A stretch of DNA of 60,815 nucleotides, the filler included, from Globobulimina sp. (Eukaryota), in NCBI GenBank assembly GCA_003354225.1. It is 4 parts of 4 records of this genome, joined end to end, with 100 filler letters (N's around TTAATTAATTAA, not from the genome) between each part and the next. Parts side by side here need not be neighbours in the genome. Positions count along the whole stretch, not along the records: positions 46,256 to 60,815 come from PIVH01000007.1; 3 more parts are not named here. One strand, written 5' to 3'. Under the pieces are notes generated by a model that worked only from the letters and a program-made list of their open reading frames with translations, searched no databases and was not told where the DNA came from. The translations under genes were made by a program, and so were the position numbers. Positions 46,725-58,000 of the stretch are shown piece after piece. The stretch's first letter is position 1, and every line of letters starts with the position of its first letter.

Positions 46725-47784
46725 TGTAACAGTATTCTATGTATTGCTGTGATGTGGTCAAGTTGAGTACTATGAAGCCCAGCTCCGGAACTCAGATAAA
46801 TGACAACAACAACACACAGAAATCTGCTATGAATGATGGACGATGAATTACGATGTCGAGAGCAATATTAATAAATCGGCTCACTCAGAAAATACTAGAT
46901 CTATTCTGCATAGTAAAAGGTGTACCTGAGTTTTAACAAAACTTCTTTATGAGCACGGAATAAGTAGCAAAATAGAAATAAATAACTTGATGAATAATCA
47001 CCACAAAACCAATGACTCGTAACTGACAAATATAAAATGTATCAGAAAACAATTGAGAATTTTACAGTTCGTCAAGGCACTGCTCAATAATGATATGCAA
47101 ATATTATTTCGCACGGTAAAGATGGCAAGATGTCACGACAGAGACTTGGCGTCGCATAAATTAGCTTCTATTCTGGTCGGCATTTAAACTGCTACCGTAG
47201 ACGGTGGTGAAGTAATCATTTTGTTTTGGCATATGTCCTGCACATCAGCTGGCGGGAGTAACGATATTCTTCTCACATCTACGACGGCAGTGTTGATATG
47301 ACGCAGCACAGTTCTCATTTGCACTTGGTAATATTAATGCACTTTGATATTACATGCCTTCCTGCTAATCCTTTTAGCTTTCGGTCCTTGCCACCCCTCT
47401 GGAAGACTGAACAGTGTTTTGATGAACTAAAAATAGATTACATTTGAACAAATTCTTGACATTTAAGAAAAAGTAAACTTAACCTCCATGTATGTTACCA
47501 TGATGTTACCTTTAGAGATAAATTTAATTTAAATAAGCAAGAATTGCATAAGTTGGTAGCTTGATTTGATACTGTTTTTACCGAGTTGTCTTCTTCGTCA
47601 GGAGTTGATTCGAATGCTCTTGGTTGTTTTGTGTTGGTAACTTACCCCTAAGCTACTACTTATTAAGCTTGAACATGCAAAGATTTTTTAAAGAAAACAT
47701 GCAAAAAACACATGCAAAAACAATAACAAAACACTTATTTTTATGGACGTTATGTATTTTACAAAACTGGAATTTAATATTACA
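46725..47784 (-). repeat. Long terminal repeat (~1060 bp)
   Basis: Minus strand begins TGTAATA just after the PPT and ends TGTTACA just before the PBS (terminal inverted repeat 6/7). The partner LTR lies outside the window. Confidence 0.8.
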
Positions 47785-47786
47785 GA

Positions 47787-47799
47787 TCCCTCCCCTCCT
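47787..47799 (-). promoter_or_regulatory. Polypurine tract
   Basis: AGGAGGGGAGGGA on the minus strand, 2 nt before the TGTAA LTR start. Confidence 0.85.
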
Positions 47800-47922
47800 A
47801 TAAAAATCGGGGTACGGGACCCAACACATTGTTACGGGCCTTAAAAAGACGTTACAAAACAGAAAAATTTCTAACTACCAAATAGATTTCTTACAAAATT
47901 CCTAAATTGATTATGGGCACAA

Positions 47923-50900
47923 TCACTGAGTTTTCTTTTTCTTGGCCCAACTAATGGCACGAAAGCGGTACCATTCGACCAAATAACTTTGGTAAACACC
48001 ACGGTTACCTGTTTTTTGTTCAGTATAACTTTTTACCACTGCATCTTGTTCAATCAACATGGCATTTAGTTGTCTTTTTGTCATTGGAACCAGTGATGTA
48101 AACCAGTATTTGTCACATCTTTTGCGATCAGGTTCTCCTGATTCACTTTTAAGGTAAGATTCCATGTACTTGGGTATTTTCAACTTCAAAATTTGTTCCA
48201 ATGTGAATCCATGCCAATTGAATTCTAAGGCATGTTTACCTGATGCCATAGCTTCCTCGAATGATTTCGGTGTTGATACATTTGGTACAACCAAGTCATA
48301 TGTTTCTAACCATTGGGTAGGGTCATACTCCAAATTGGGTTCTTCAACTGGTTCATCTTCGTCAATTTCCATATCAACACTCTTTGTTGCCTCATTTGGC
48401 TCAGTTCTGACTTGTTCTGTTGTTTCCATCTGGATTTCATCCATCACCTTGCTAAGTCCACTCGGTCCAGCTTTTCCTTTCTTTTCAGTGATCTTTTCCA
48501 ATGTAGCTTCAATCACTTCTTTTCCTACCAGGCTGGTAATGATGTTCATTGCTTCAGCTGCTGTTGCTTTTACAGCCAAATCCACTTCAGCTACTGGAAT
48601 GAATGGACCTTGTTTTGCTCTTGCTTCTTCAGATGTTACAGTTTCAGCCATGTACCCAACATCATCTGGCAAAACTCCTGCGACTTCTTCTCCTTCTCTA
48701 TCTATTGGATTCACGTCATGAGCTGCCGACAAATTTTCGCGATAGAAGTGTGCTGATGCTTCAGGATCAGTGTTACATGATCCCCGTATTTCTACGCTGT
48801 TGTAACTGAAGCGATCTGGAAAGACAACATCTAAACCAAAAACATTACCTGTCTTATTTTCTTGCGTGATCAATTTGATATCCCGTGGTTGAGGCAATTG
48901 AACTTCCTCTTTCATTGCTTCTGGAAATTTTGAATCTTCAAACATCCATTTTTCCAGTGCATCAATTTTGCACATAGGTAATGGTCGATGTTCCCCATTT
49001 TTGGTTTCTGATTCCGTTCGAATAACACACAATGGTTTCATTTGATGTTTCTCATTGTACCAAAAGTTTCGATTATGTTCCGAGATCCTGATCCACGCTG
49101 CAACACCATCTTCAAACAATGCATGATTAGCCAGTGCCCAACGACTCAGTTGGTATAAAGGCAAACTGAGATCACCTGTCAAGGGATCACCAAGTATGAT
49201 TAAGGCTTGTTGATGACGGCTGGTTGCTACGTTGATCCGGTTTGGGCTTTGTAAAAATCCAGTGAACCAAACTTTGGTATATGTTGGTATGGTTGGATGG
49301 TCATAATTAGGATAATGACGTTCAAATTCTGGATCTGTTGAATTTCGTTCTGTCCGTTTGTACATTGACCAGAACTTAGCCAGATGGTCCATGCTTGCAC
49401 ATCGAACTGTAAGAAAGATCACGCATGGGTATTCTTGACCTTGTGCAGAGTCAACTGTTTTACAGTGTGGTCGTTTCTCAACATTATTCCAACGTTGTGC
49501 TAGCATTTCTTCTACAATTGCAACTGTTCCCGCATACGGTGTCAGAATCATGATTTCATCCGACGGGAATGCTTTCATTACCTCTCCGATGTACCAGACA
49601 AGCACTACAACTTGGCGAATTTGATTCGTATTGATCCTGCTTTCTCCATCAATACTTTCCTCTGTTCCTCTCACTGCCAAATATGCCAATGAAAACCCTT
49701 CAGTACCCCAAGGTAATCGCCAACCTGCCCAATCTTTTTCTTTCTGTTGTTGAACATTCAAACCCGTTTTCACCTTTCCTTCATAGAATGCTTCTGAGGT
49801 AAAATTTCCCATAACGGCGGATTGACGAAAGGTTTTGGTCAGCATTAGTGTGATAATTGTTGGTCTCACATTTGCAATTGGTACCACCAGCTTGTCAATG
49901 GCAGATTCTACCGTGTAAGGGGTTAATACTTTCTTCATAACCGGTCCTGGATCTTTTAATCTGGCTTGTGTGCTGACTGCGTACAATCGACCAGCTGCAG
50001 CATGAGCTTGAACCACTGGATCCAGTTGCATTGGATCTCCGCATAGCACAATTTGTCGGGCCACTTTGTCAGTTAACAATCTGCATGCAATGAAACTGTC
50101 CGTATCTGTAGCATATGAAGCTTCATCTGCTAACAATGTTGTGATGTTCAGATCTACATTGAACTTACCCAAGTACGCTTCACCTTGTTTAAAAGTCATG
50201 ATGATCAGATTGAATTTGCAGGATTTCATTACATCTCTGAACAGTGATGTTAGTTCTTCTTTTGCTCTTGCAACCAACTTCTTCTGTTTTTTCTGAAGTT
50301 TAAACCTGGAACCTGCATTGTTCTCGGTTGCCAAAAGGTCTGTAATTTCTTCCACTTCTTCCCAGACTCTGTAATAGGCTGCTCTGGTTATCATTACCGC
50401 AGGTACTGCTCCTTCATCTTTGAACATGTAATAATTGATTGAAATGCGTTCCACTTGTACATACGGTATTGGTAGTCCAAGAGCATCAATTGGTGTCAGC
50501 AATACAACACGGTACCGAGGTAAATCTTGAATTGTGATTCCTGATCTTCTAAGTTGGTTTGCCATACGAGCAATTCCATAATCCATCATTAAGACTGCTT
50601 TGGTACATAAGGCATAGGATGCTTCACGAGTTGGTGTAATTATGCCCACTACTTCTTGATGTCTGACTACTTTGTTATTGATGATTTTGGTGAAGCAAAC
50701 TCTTCCGTCATCATTGGCTAATTGGTCAAGAACTGCTTTTGCTAATGCCACTAATGTCAGTGATTTCCCAGTACCTGGTGGTCCAATTAGACTCAAAAGT
50801 ACTCGCAGTGCTGAAGTGTTGTCACTACAAGTTTCCAATGCGGCCTCTATAAAAATGTTTTGTTCATCAGTTAAAGAAATTGGCTCACCGTTTTTTCCTG

Positions 50901-53900
50901 CAAAACTGTACTGATCTGGATGCGTCGGTAATGGTGCCAAGTTATTGCTAAACTCCACTCCCAAAAAGGATGCAATACATTTATTCTTATTACTTGATTC
51001 CACTGCTACTGCTCCGGGCACTTGATCTCTTTTATCTCTCCTTCTGACTTTCTTTGGTAATTCTTTTTCTCTTTCTAATGAATTAAAAATATTGTTTTCC
51101 ATTACTTGATCGACCATGCGTTTCTGAGCTGTGTGACTCATAACAGGAGTTAATTGAACTGCAATCATGTCCGTTTTCTGGATCTTTTGAATGAATGGAA
51201 TGGCGGATACTGGATTCAATGCAAGTGTGATACGGCGTCCCGCAACTAACATTTCAACACCAGCCGGTGGAGGAAAGTCCGCTAGCAATCTTGGATCGGG
51301 CGTATCCAATTCGTTGGATGCCCATAATGGTCCTTCTTGGTCACGGATTAACTCTTCTGTAGCATACACCTGCTTTATTTGTGTTACAAAGGCATTGCCT
51401 CCAGGGATCTCGTCATTAATGATGAATTTTTGCACACCTTCTTCTGGCTCCATCACTGAATGTAACAATTTGATTGTCAATGGTTTATTAAGATGTACCG
51501 TAAACTGACCAATTGTTTTCTTCAGTGATTGTTGAGGAACGTAACGTGCTTTTGGTATGACAATTTCAAGAACCAGATTCGGATATCGATGTTTAACGAT
51601 TGCAGTAACGTTCAGTTTCAGATTCGCTGATCTCTTTCTGATAATACTTAATTCATTCAAAACCATTAGAGCATGTGCTCGGGAGTACATCATGACAATG
51701 AAATCAAAGTCTTTGAATTGAGGCCTAAGGTAGCGCCACATCTTAGGGATAAATTGCACACTGATTGGTGATGGAGTAGCCCAAGCGTACAATCGTTTCC
51801 AAGCTTCTTCTCCAATGATGCATTTTACTACTCGAGCTGTTGACAAATGAGTTTCATGTTTTGGATGTATTTCACCATCTTCCTCCGACGTATTACTATC
51901 AGTATTAGAAACTTCTCCTTCCCGGACTATTCGTCGTTCTCGGGGAATCATTGTAGTTGTTATTTGTGATGGTACATAATACATATAACAGAATGAACCA
52001 ACAGATGCTGTGTCTGCATTATATGTATCTTTCTGTGGAAATATACAACAGGGTCTCACTGACAAATACGTTTCTACTCCTTCTTCTGAGGGTACAACCA
52101 CATTCCACATTATGATATCCTTTGGGGTATCCGTTCCAGCGTATCGAATATCTGGTGCACGGTGTTCGTTACTTCTGACAAAATTTCTGATTACTCCAAT
52201 TGATTCTTCAATTCTTACCCGTCTGGTAAATTGTCCTGCTTCTGCATACATACGGCAATGAGTATCTCTTGGTAGTAAGAGTGGTCGTCCTGGCAATCCT
52301 TCGCCGTCCCAAACGTCGTACCGTTGGTCTTGTATTCTGACGCGTAGGATCACCATGTCATTTCGCACAAATTGAGTTGCATATGGTTGTTGGAAGTCCA
52401 CTGTTGTTCTATCCTCTTCACCTGAGCATGTAACATCTTCATTTACTGCTTTAAACCAGCATTTAAGGTATCCCTTTTTCTCCAATTGTTGTCCTTTGTA
52501 GTCTCTGATGTATGACAACCATCCAATATTAGAAAGGTGCATTGAATTCAACCCTGCAGTTTTTCGTAATGCAGAGATTCGACGCCACGATCCATCTGTG
52601 ATACGAAAGAATACCAATGTACTGGCATGTATAATTGTTGCTGTTACATCAAATGTGTTGATGTCGTCTGGCGGCTCGATGGCTGTACCAAACAAGAGTT
52701 GTCCTCCTATGGCGTCATTTGCTCTTTCCGGACCAGGTCCAAAAGATACAATTGAATCCCAATAGTTACCTGCTCTTGTGATTTCTGATTCCTGTAGCCA
52801 ATCTTCCACTCCGTTCGTTCTCATTGTTAATTCTTCGGGAGTTCCGTAGTATTCCAACAGAGTTGTATATGGTGATCGTCTCAATTGCGCAAGTTCCTCG
52901 TCCAATAGCAATCGGATAACCAATGCATTCCTAGCATTCTTGTTATGAATACTTCCAATTAGATCGTGTATCAATGGGATTTGATATTTGAAGTACAATG
53001 CTTTAATCCTCTGGAATGCTTGTTGAATATTTTCCGGTTCCGGTTGTAATGGCTGTTCTTCTAGTTTCTTTACTTCGATTGGTTTAATTGCCAATTTCTG
53101 TGGATTAATTTCCGGTATCCTCTCAATACATTTTTCCAGCAAATCTGCTTCCAGACCATTCAGAATGGCATACAATTGATCTTCTGGTACTTTCATTTGA
53201 ATTAATTTCTGAACGTGTTTGATTCGTTCTTCATCAGAAGCAGTTGAATTCGCAGCATATAACGTGTCGTCATACGATTCCCAGGTACGTGTCTGGATCT
53301 TCTTATTTCTGGATGGGATGACTAGACGTTTCCGTCCACATGGTTTTTCTGCAGGTTGATCTCTCACAACATGTTTTTCTGGATTCCCTTCCGTTGCAAA
53401 TATTGATTGACGGGCATTTGGTGCTTTATACGTGTTAGGCGCTCGTCCAATAGTGTCAATCCTGTCCCGATGACTGTCAAAAAGATTGGCATACCCGCTG
53501 GGATTAGGAAACTCGACTCCAGCATAACTGATAGTACCTTCTTCAGGTTGTATGCGGATACGAGGACGCTTAGCTTGTGCTTCGTCAGACTGTATTGGAG
53601 GCTCCATGACACGTTGAGCATCTTTTGGAATCCTTTTTGCTGGTGCAGTAATTGGTTCACTGGGATGACGACTAGGTTTTGCTGTGAAATCTGACTTGCC
53701 GGGTCGGTGTAGTGGGCTTTGGTACCGTATATTTTGTTGTCCATGACCAGGAACACGGAATGTTGATGATGACGTTGCTACTGGAACAGGTACTGTTGAT
53801 GCTGAGACGCTTTCAGTATCGGTATCCATTTGTTCTTCATATGTAATTTGTCTCTGTTGTTTCCTTTTTTCCCGTTTCTTTGCATTTTTACTCACCTGTT

Positions 53901-54393
53901 GATCTCCTTTTTTCTCAACAATTTTCTGCATTTGTGAGAAATTCTGGATTGGCATATACTTTTCAGTCAAATCAGGTTTCTTTTTAGTTGGTACTGGTGG
54001 TGGTACGGGTGCTTTTCCCTTTCTTGGTGGTTTTCCAAATGGATTTGCTGGTTGATTCATTGGTGGTGCACGAGGGATTTTCATTCTTTCCGCAAATAGG
54101 AAATTGGGATGTTTGTTGACCCAGTTGATTTGATCTTTACTTAATTCACATGTAAACACTTTATTTGGCACAATACCTTGTAACAACTCTGCACGATTAC
54201 TCAATAAATAATAACGTTGTGCCATAGTGGCCATACATACAACATCCAAATGACCCTGAATACCACATTTAGTACATGTACCCGTATTTTCACCGGTACC
54301 ATGCAAGACTCTACCACATGTGAGCGAAGCTGAATTTGGGATTCCCAACTCAAATTGGGTGAAAGTATCTTTGGGGGCATATACACCATACAT
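47923..54393 (-). CDS. CCHC zinc-knuckle + Upf1/DNA2-NAM7-like superfamily 1B helicase
   Basis: CTKCGIQGHLDVVC; Q-motif LTDEQ; Walker A GPPGTGKS (50761-50784); ITPTREA; DEAS (50116-50127); GDPMQLDP; LTKTFRQ..FYEG; ILTPY; TVDSAQGQE; RINVATSR. Confidence 0.92.
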   Translation of the reverse strand: MYGVYAPKDTFTQFELGIPNSASLTCGRVLHGTGENTGTCTKCGIQGHLDVVCMATMAQRYYLLSNRAELLQGIVPNKVFTCELSKDQINWVNKHPNFLFAERMKIPRAPPMNQPANPFGKPPRKGKAPVPPPVPTKKKPDLTEKYMPIQNFSQMQKIVEKKGDQQVSKNAKKREKRKQQRQITYEEQMDTDTESVSASTVPVPVATSSSTFRVPGHGQQNIRYQSPLHRPGKSDFTAKPSRHPSEPITAPAKRIPKDAQRVMEPPIQSDEAQAKRPRIRIQPEEGTISYAGVEFPNPSGYANLFDSHRDRIDTIGRAPNTYKAPNARQSIFATEGNPEKHVVRDQPAEKPCGRKRLVIPSRNKKIQTRTWESYDDTLYAANSTASDEERIKHVQKLIQMKVPEDQLYAILNGLEADLLEKCIERIPEINPQKLAIKPIEVKKLEEQPLQPEPENIQQAFQRIKALYFKYQIPLIHDLIGSIHNKNARNALVIRLLLDEELAQLRRSPYTTLLEYYGTPEELTMRTNGVEDWLQESEITRAGNYWDSIVSFGPGPERANDAIGGQLLFGTAIEPPDDINTFDVTATIIHASTLVFFRITDGSWRRISALRKTAGLNSMHLSNIGWLSYIRDYKGQQLEKKGYLKCWFKAVNEDVTCSGEEDRTTVDFQQPYATQFVRNDMVILRVRIQDQRYDVWDGEGLPGRPLLLPRDTHCRMYAEAGQFTRRVRIEESIGVIRNFVRSNEHRAPDIRYAGTDTPKDIIMWNVVVPSEEGVETYLSVRPCCIFPQKDTYNADTASVGSFCYMYYVPSQITTTMIPRERRIVREGEVSNTDSNTSEEDGEIHPKHETHLSTARVVKCIIGEEAWKRLYAWATPSPISVQFIPKMWRYLRPQFKDFDFIVMMYSRAHALMVLNELSIIRKRSANLKLNVTAIVKHRYPNLVLEIVIPKARYVPQQSLKKTIGQFTVHLNKPLTIKLLHSVMEPEEGVQKFIINDEIPGGNAFVTQIKQVYATEELIRDQEGPLWASNELDTPDPRLLADFPPPAGVEMLVAGRRITLALNPVSAIPFIQKIQKTDMIAVQLTPVMSHTAQKRMVDQVMENNIFNSLEREKELPKKVRRRDKRDQVPGAVAVESSNKNKCIASFLGVEFSNNLAPLPTHPDQYSFAGKNGEPISLTDEQNIFIEAALETCSDNTSALRVLLSLIGPPGTGKSLTLVALAKAVLDQLANDDGRVCFTKIINNKVVRHQEVVGIITPTREASYALCTKAVLMMDYGIARMANQLRRSGITIQDLPRYRVVLLTPIDALGLPIPYVQVERISINYYMFKDEGAVPAVMITRAAYYRVWEEVEEITDLLATENNAGSRFKLQKKQKKLVARAKEELTSLFRDVMKSCKFNLIIMTFKQGEAYLGKFNVDLNITTLLADEASYATDTDSFIACRLLTDKVARQIVLCGDPMQLDPVVQAHAAAGRLYAVSTQARLKDPGPVMKKVLTPYTVESAIDKLVVPIANVRPTIITLMLTKTFRQSAVMGNFTSEAFYEGKVKTGLNVQQQKEKDWAGWRLPWGTEGFSLAYLAVRGTEESIDGESRINTNQIRQVVVLVWYIGEVMKAFPSDEIMILTPYAGTVAIVEEMLAQRWNNVEKRPHCKTVDSAQGQEYPCVIFLTVRCASMDHLAKFWSMYKRTERNSTDPEFERHYPNYDHPTIPTYTKVWFTGFLQSPNRINVATSRHQQALIILGDPLTGDLSLPLYQLSRWALANHALFEDGVAAWIRISEHNRNFWYNEKHQMKPLCVIRTESETKNGEHRPLPMCKIDALEKWMFEDSKFPEAMKEEVQLPQPRDIKLITQENKTGNVFGLDVVFPDRFSYNSVEIRGSCNTDPEASAHFYRENLSAAHDVNPIDREGEEVAGVLPDDVGYMAETVTSEEARAKQGPFIPVAEVDLAVKATAAEAMNIITSLVGKEVIEATLEKITEKKGKAGPSGLSKVMDEIQMETTEQVRTEPNEATKSVDMEIDEDEPVEEPNLEYDPTQWLETYDLVVPNVSTPKSFEEAMASGKHALEFNWHGFTLEQILKLKIPKYMESYLKSESGEPDRKRCDKYWFTSLVPMTKRQLNAMLIEQDAVVKSYTEQKTGNRGVYQSYLVEWYRFRAISWAKKKKTQ

Positions 54394-55067
54394 TATTGTT
54401 TCAATTGGTTGTTGGTTGTCTTAGTGAAAGACATCAAAGTTACTCAGGACAACTATCCTGGAGTTGAAGACGGAGTATCTCAAAGAGTATCCCCTTAGAA
54501 AATTAACTAACCTTTGATGTTCACTGTTTGTTTCTTATATGTCTGAAATTAACAACCATTGTTAACTTGTTGGAATTTTTTAATTTGTACAACTCAATTA
54601 CTAGCTTTACACCAGTGGCGCCAAGGACATGAAAATTGTGTCGACCCAATCCTCATGCCATTTGCTCCTCTGGTTTTAGCTATGCGTGATGTTTCCTTAC
54701 TCATTACACTGTATGCTACAGACCCATGGAATTGGTGTTGGTCAGCGACCCATTATTGTATGCGAGATAACAGCACTGACTGATTGTGTGACTTGACTTC
54801 AGCATTACTCTAATCAATCGGATTCAATCACGTTCATTCAAATACAACTGATTGTTAAAAATAAATTTATTTAAAATCAATGTAATGTAAATCAAAGTAA
54901 AGTATGACAACAAACAAAAAATAGTCAACTTGACTAGTAAACTCAAATACTTCTACAAAAACACACACAACAACAAACAAAAAAAAGAAATTACAAAACT
55001 TTGTGATTTGTTAAAATTTACACAAATTGATAAAAATTTGTTAGTAACCTAATTTTTGTGCTACTTC

Positions 55068-58000
55068 CTATTGTTTTGCTTGGCGACCAGTGGAACCTTT
55101 TGGATTACCACTGTCTCCACCACGTTCCCGTTGAACTTGACGTTCTTTTTCGAATCGTTTCCATTGAACGTATTGTTGACTACTTGGACTAACCACACAT
55201 GGTTCACCGCATTTGCATTGGTCACAACATGCTTGTGAGAAATCCGTGCATTTTGCTCGACGTTGAAACTCTGCAATCGATGTTATTTCCCGTGGGTTTG
55301 TCACCATTGTTCCTTGTGGTGGATCGACAATTGAAACAGTCCCATCATCTCGTATGTTCCCATATATTTGATAGTATCGTCCCAACTCTTTCCCATTGTA
55401 CCGTCGGAAGTATTCTTGAACTAATGTCATTGGGACTTTTGGCCAAGCTTCTGCATCAGTTATTGGTGTTCCCTTGTTCTCGCCCTGTCGTTTCTTGTTT
55501 GCACCACGATTAAGTTCACGTGTGACATATCGTGTTATATTTTGTGTCCCTCTTGGTCCTTGTACTTCCCATCGATTTGGTTCTGGATCGGATGATCCTG
55601 CTGCTTGTGTCAAGGATGGAGACATTGGTGGCTCATTTCCGTACCTTGTGCTGTATGGACATGGTTTGAATTCAGAGCATGCTTGACACATCCATTCGAC
55701 ATTCGGGTCTTTGCAGAATTCCACATCGGGCCATGAAGCTGCAATCGTCGGTTCGGCATCATCAATCCCTTCCGCTTGTGCCCCATTTTGTAATTGTTGA
55801 TCTTGGTCATTCGTTATGAGTGCTCTTGCTTGATAATTTCGCACTACTGACATGGGGACATGAGGCCATGCTTGTTCATCCGTAATTTGTTGGCCACGAC
55901 TCTCGAAATATTCTCTTCGACGCAGTCCTCGATGAATTTCTCGTAATTCTTCGGTTGTTGGTGTCAAAGATTCTTGTAATTCTGGAGTTTCGTCGCTGTC
56001 TTGCTCTGGACATTCATGTCGCCAATGACCCTGAATATGACAAGTATGGCACACATAATCTGGTCCTGGCATAGTTGCTCTTCTTCTTCCATGCTGTTGT
56101 TGATGATTCATTGCTGCCATTTGAGCTTCTTGGTCTGCTTGACGTTGTACATATCTTCGCATTTGATTTTCTCTTCTTTGTCTTGTTCGTTCTATTTCTC
56201 CGAATAATCCAGGTAGTTGTAGAACACGTTGTCTTTCCCTTTCAGTGGCCCTGGCCATGTAAGCATTGAATTCATCCATTGTACCACTAACCGATTCTCC
56301 ATCTTCATTTGTCCATGCTGCCACTCCTCCTGGTGGAAATGCTTGTTCTAATTGTGGTTCTTCATGGATAAAGCCATTTAACACTTGTGATCTACGGACT
56401 TGTTCTTCTTCCATTGCAACTTCTGCAGCAAGATTCTCGATCGTACTGCCAACTGTTTGTCCCACTGCATTTGTCCAAGCCACTGTTCCCAATGGTCTAT
56501 CGCCAGTTTCAACATCATATCCAATTTGATCCAATAACCGTCTTCTAATTCTTCCATCTCGGGTCCTCAAACGTACTGGCCGTACTTGTTCTCTTTCCAC
56601 TGGTGGTTCTTCAGTTGCATCGACCATTACTCTTGCTGCTGGTGCAATGCGTCTTCTGGGTGGTCGTTGATCTTCTCTTGCCGCTGGTAATCTTTCTTCC
56701 GGTGCTCGTCTTCTATTTATTCTCAACAATGCTTCAATATCAACAACACGGTTACCCGGTATTGGTACTTCTGGTTCGGAAACTGCTTCCAACATAGTAC
56801 CCAATGTCTGATGGTAATGATCTTTGGATTCTTGTGTAAATTGTTTCCACTTCCCGGGTATTACCAAAGAGAGTGCAGCTGCTGATGCTAATGTTTCTCT
56901 CAATTGTTGATGATGGCCTTCATTTTGTCTTAGATTCTCATCAGTTTGTGTGCTTTCTTCCTTCCTCCCTTGTCTCTGACGACGGTTGTGTCTGTTCTTA
57001 GCACCATTTCTGATTTGGTTAATGTGCTGTAAATCTTGTGGAGACAAATGGTCAGATTCTTCTTCACTAGATTGCTCATCTTGTTGGAATCCTGGCATCT
57101 CTGCCCATGCAGCTGCAAGTCCTGAAGATGTACATCTGGCTCTTGGTCGTCCTAATTTGTATTCTTCTCCATACAATGCCATTGTTGACTTGACAAAATC
57201 AAGTTGAACGTTATGTTGCATTAACCAATCCAGTCCAAAAATAATCAATGGTAATCGTCGATCGTCTCGTACCACATGTACAGTTTGTTTGAAATGCAAT
57301 TCTCCAATGGCGAAAGACATTACGACTTTACCCAAAATTTTTATATTACCTCCAAAACCTGACATTACTGTATGATGACATGGTCGTATTGCAGACATGG
57401 GAATACCAAGAAGTTTACAAACAGACAATTGCGCAATACTAAGTCCCGATCCAGTATCAGCCAATGCTGCTAATTTACATATTTTAATACATCGCTGAAT
57501 TATACAAATTGCCATTTCCATGGGTTGTAACACAATTACAGAGTCAGGGTCTACTTCCTCCTCTGGCAAAACGGTCAATACAGTCGTATTCATCGTATCT
57601 TTGTCTAACCGATTCGGTCGGACTACTCTTGGTTCTGGTACTGGGGAAACAAGTTCGTTATTTACCTCAACCCAATTAGGGGTTACAGATCGATCCTTCA
57701 ACACAGTATCGGGTTGGGACACAGATGGTTTGGGTACCCAAACAGGTTTGTTATTAATAATCTTACACCGTTTATTTTTACTTGTACTACTGTTTGTATG
57801 TACACCACCTACTGCACCCAACGGTTCGCCAGTCATTTTGGCAAAACAAACCCCAAAATTGTCAATTGGTTCGATTGTTTCATTTACAGTACTCGACGCG
57901 ACACATTTTGCTCGGTAGGAGTCAGTATATTTCTTTTCTAACTCTTCTGACTCTCTTTTACGATGTTCCCTTTCTGATTTTTCAATTAAGGGTGTTAACC

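Noticed and set aside
47330-47650. GT-AG intron-like signals and a short possible coding stretch inside the LTR
   Set aside because: I could not assemble a convincing spliced ORF longer than a few dozen codons; needs RNA data.
47923-54393. Helitron, or nidovirus/other RNA-virus origin for the helicase
   Set aside because: No HUH Rep or PIF1-type motifs and no RdRp GDD/SDD context; the motifs are Upf1-like and the ORF is bounded by retroelement PPT/LTR signals.
54616-54623. TGGCGCCA, resembling a tRNA-Lys PBS
   Set aside because: Short palindrome with no LTR end, PPT or partner repeat in a consistent arrangement.
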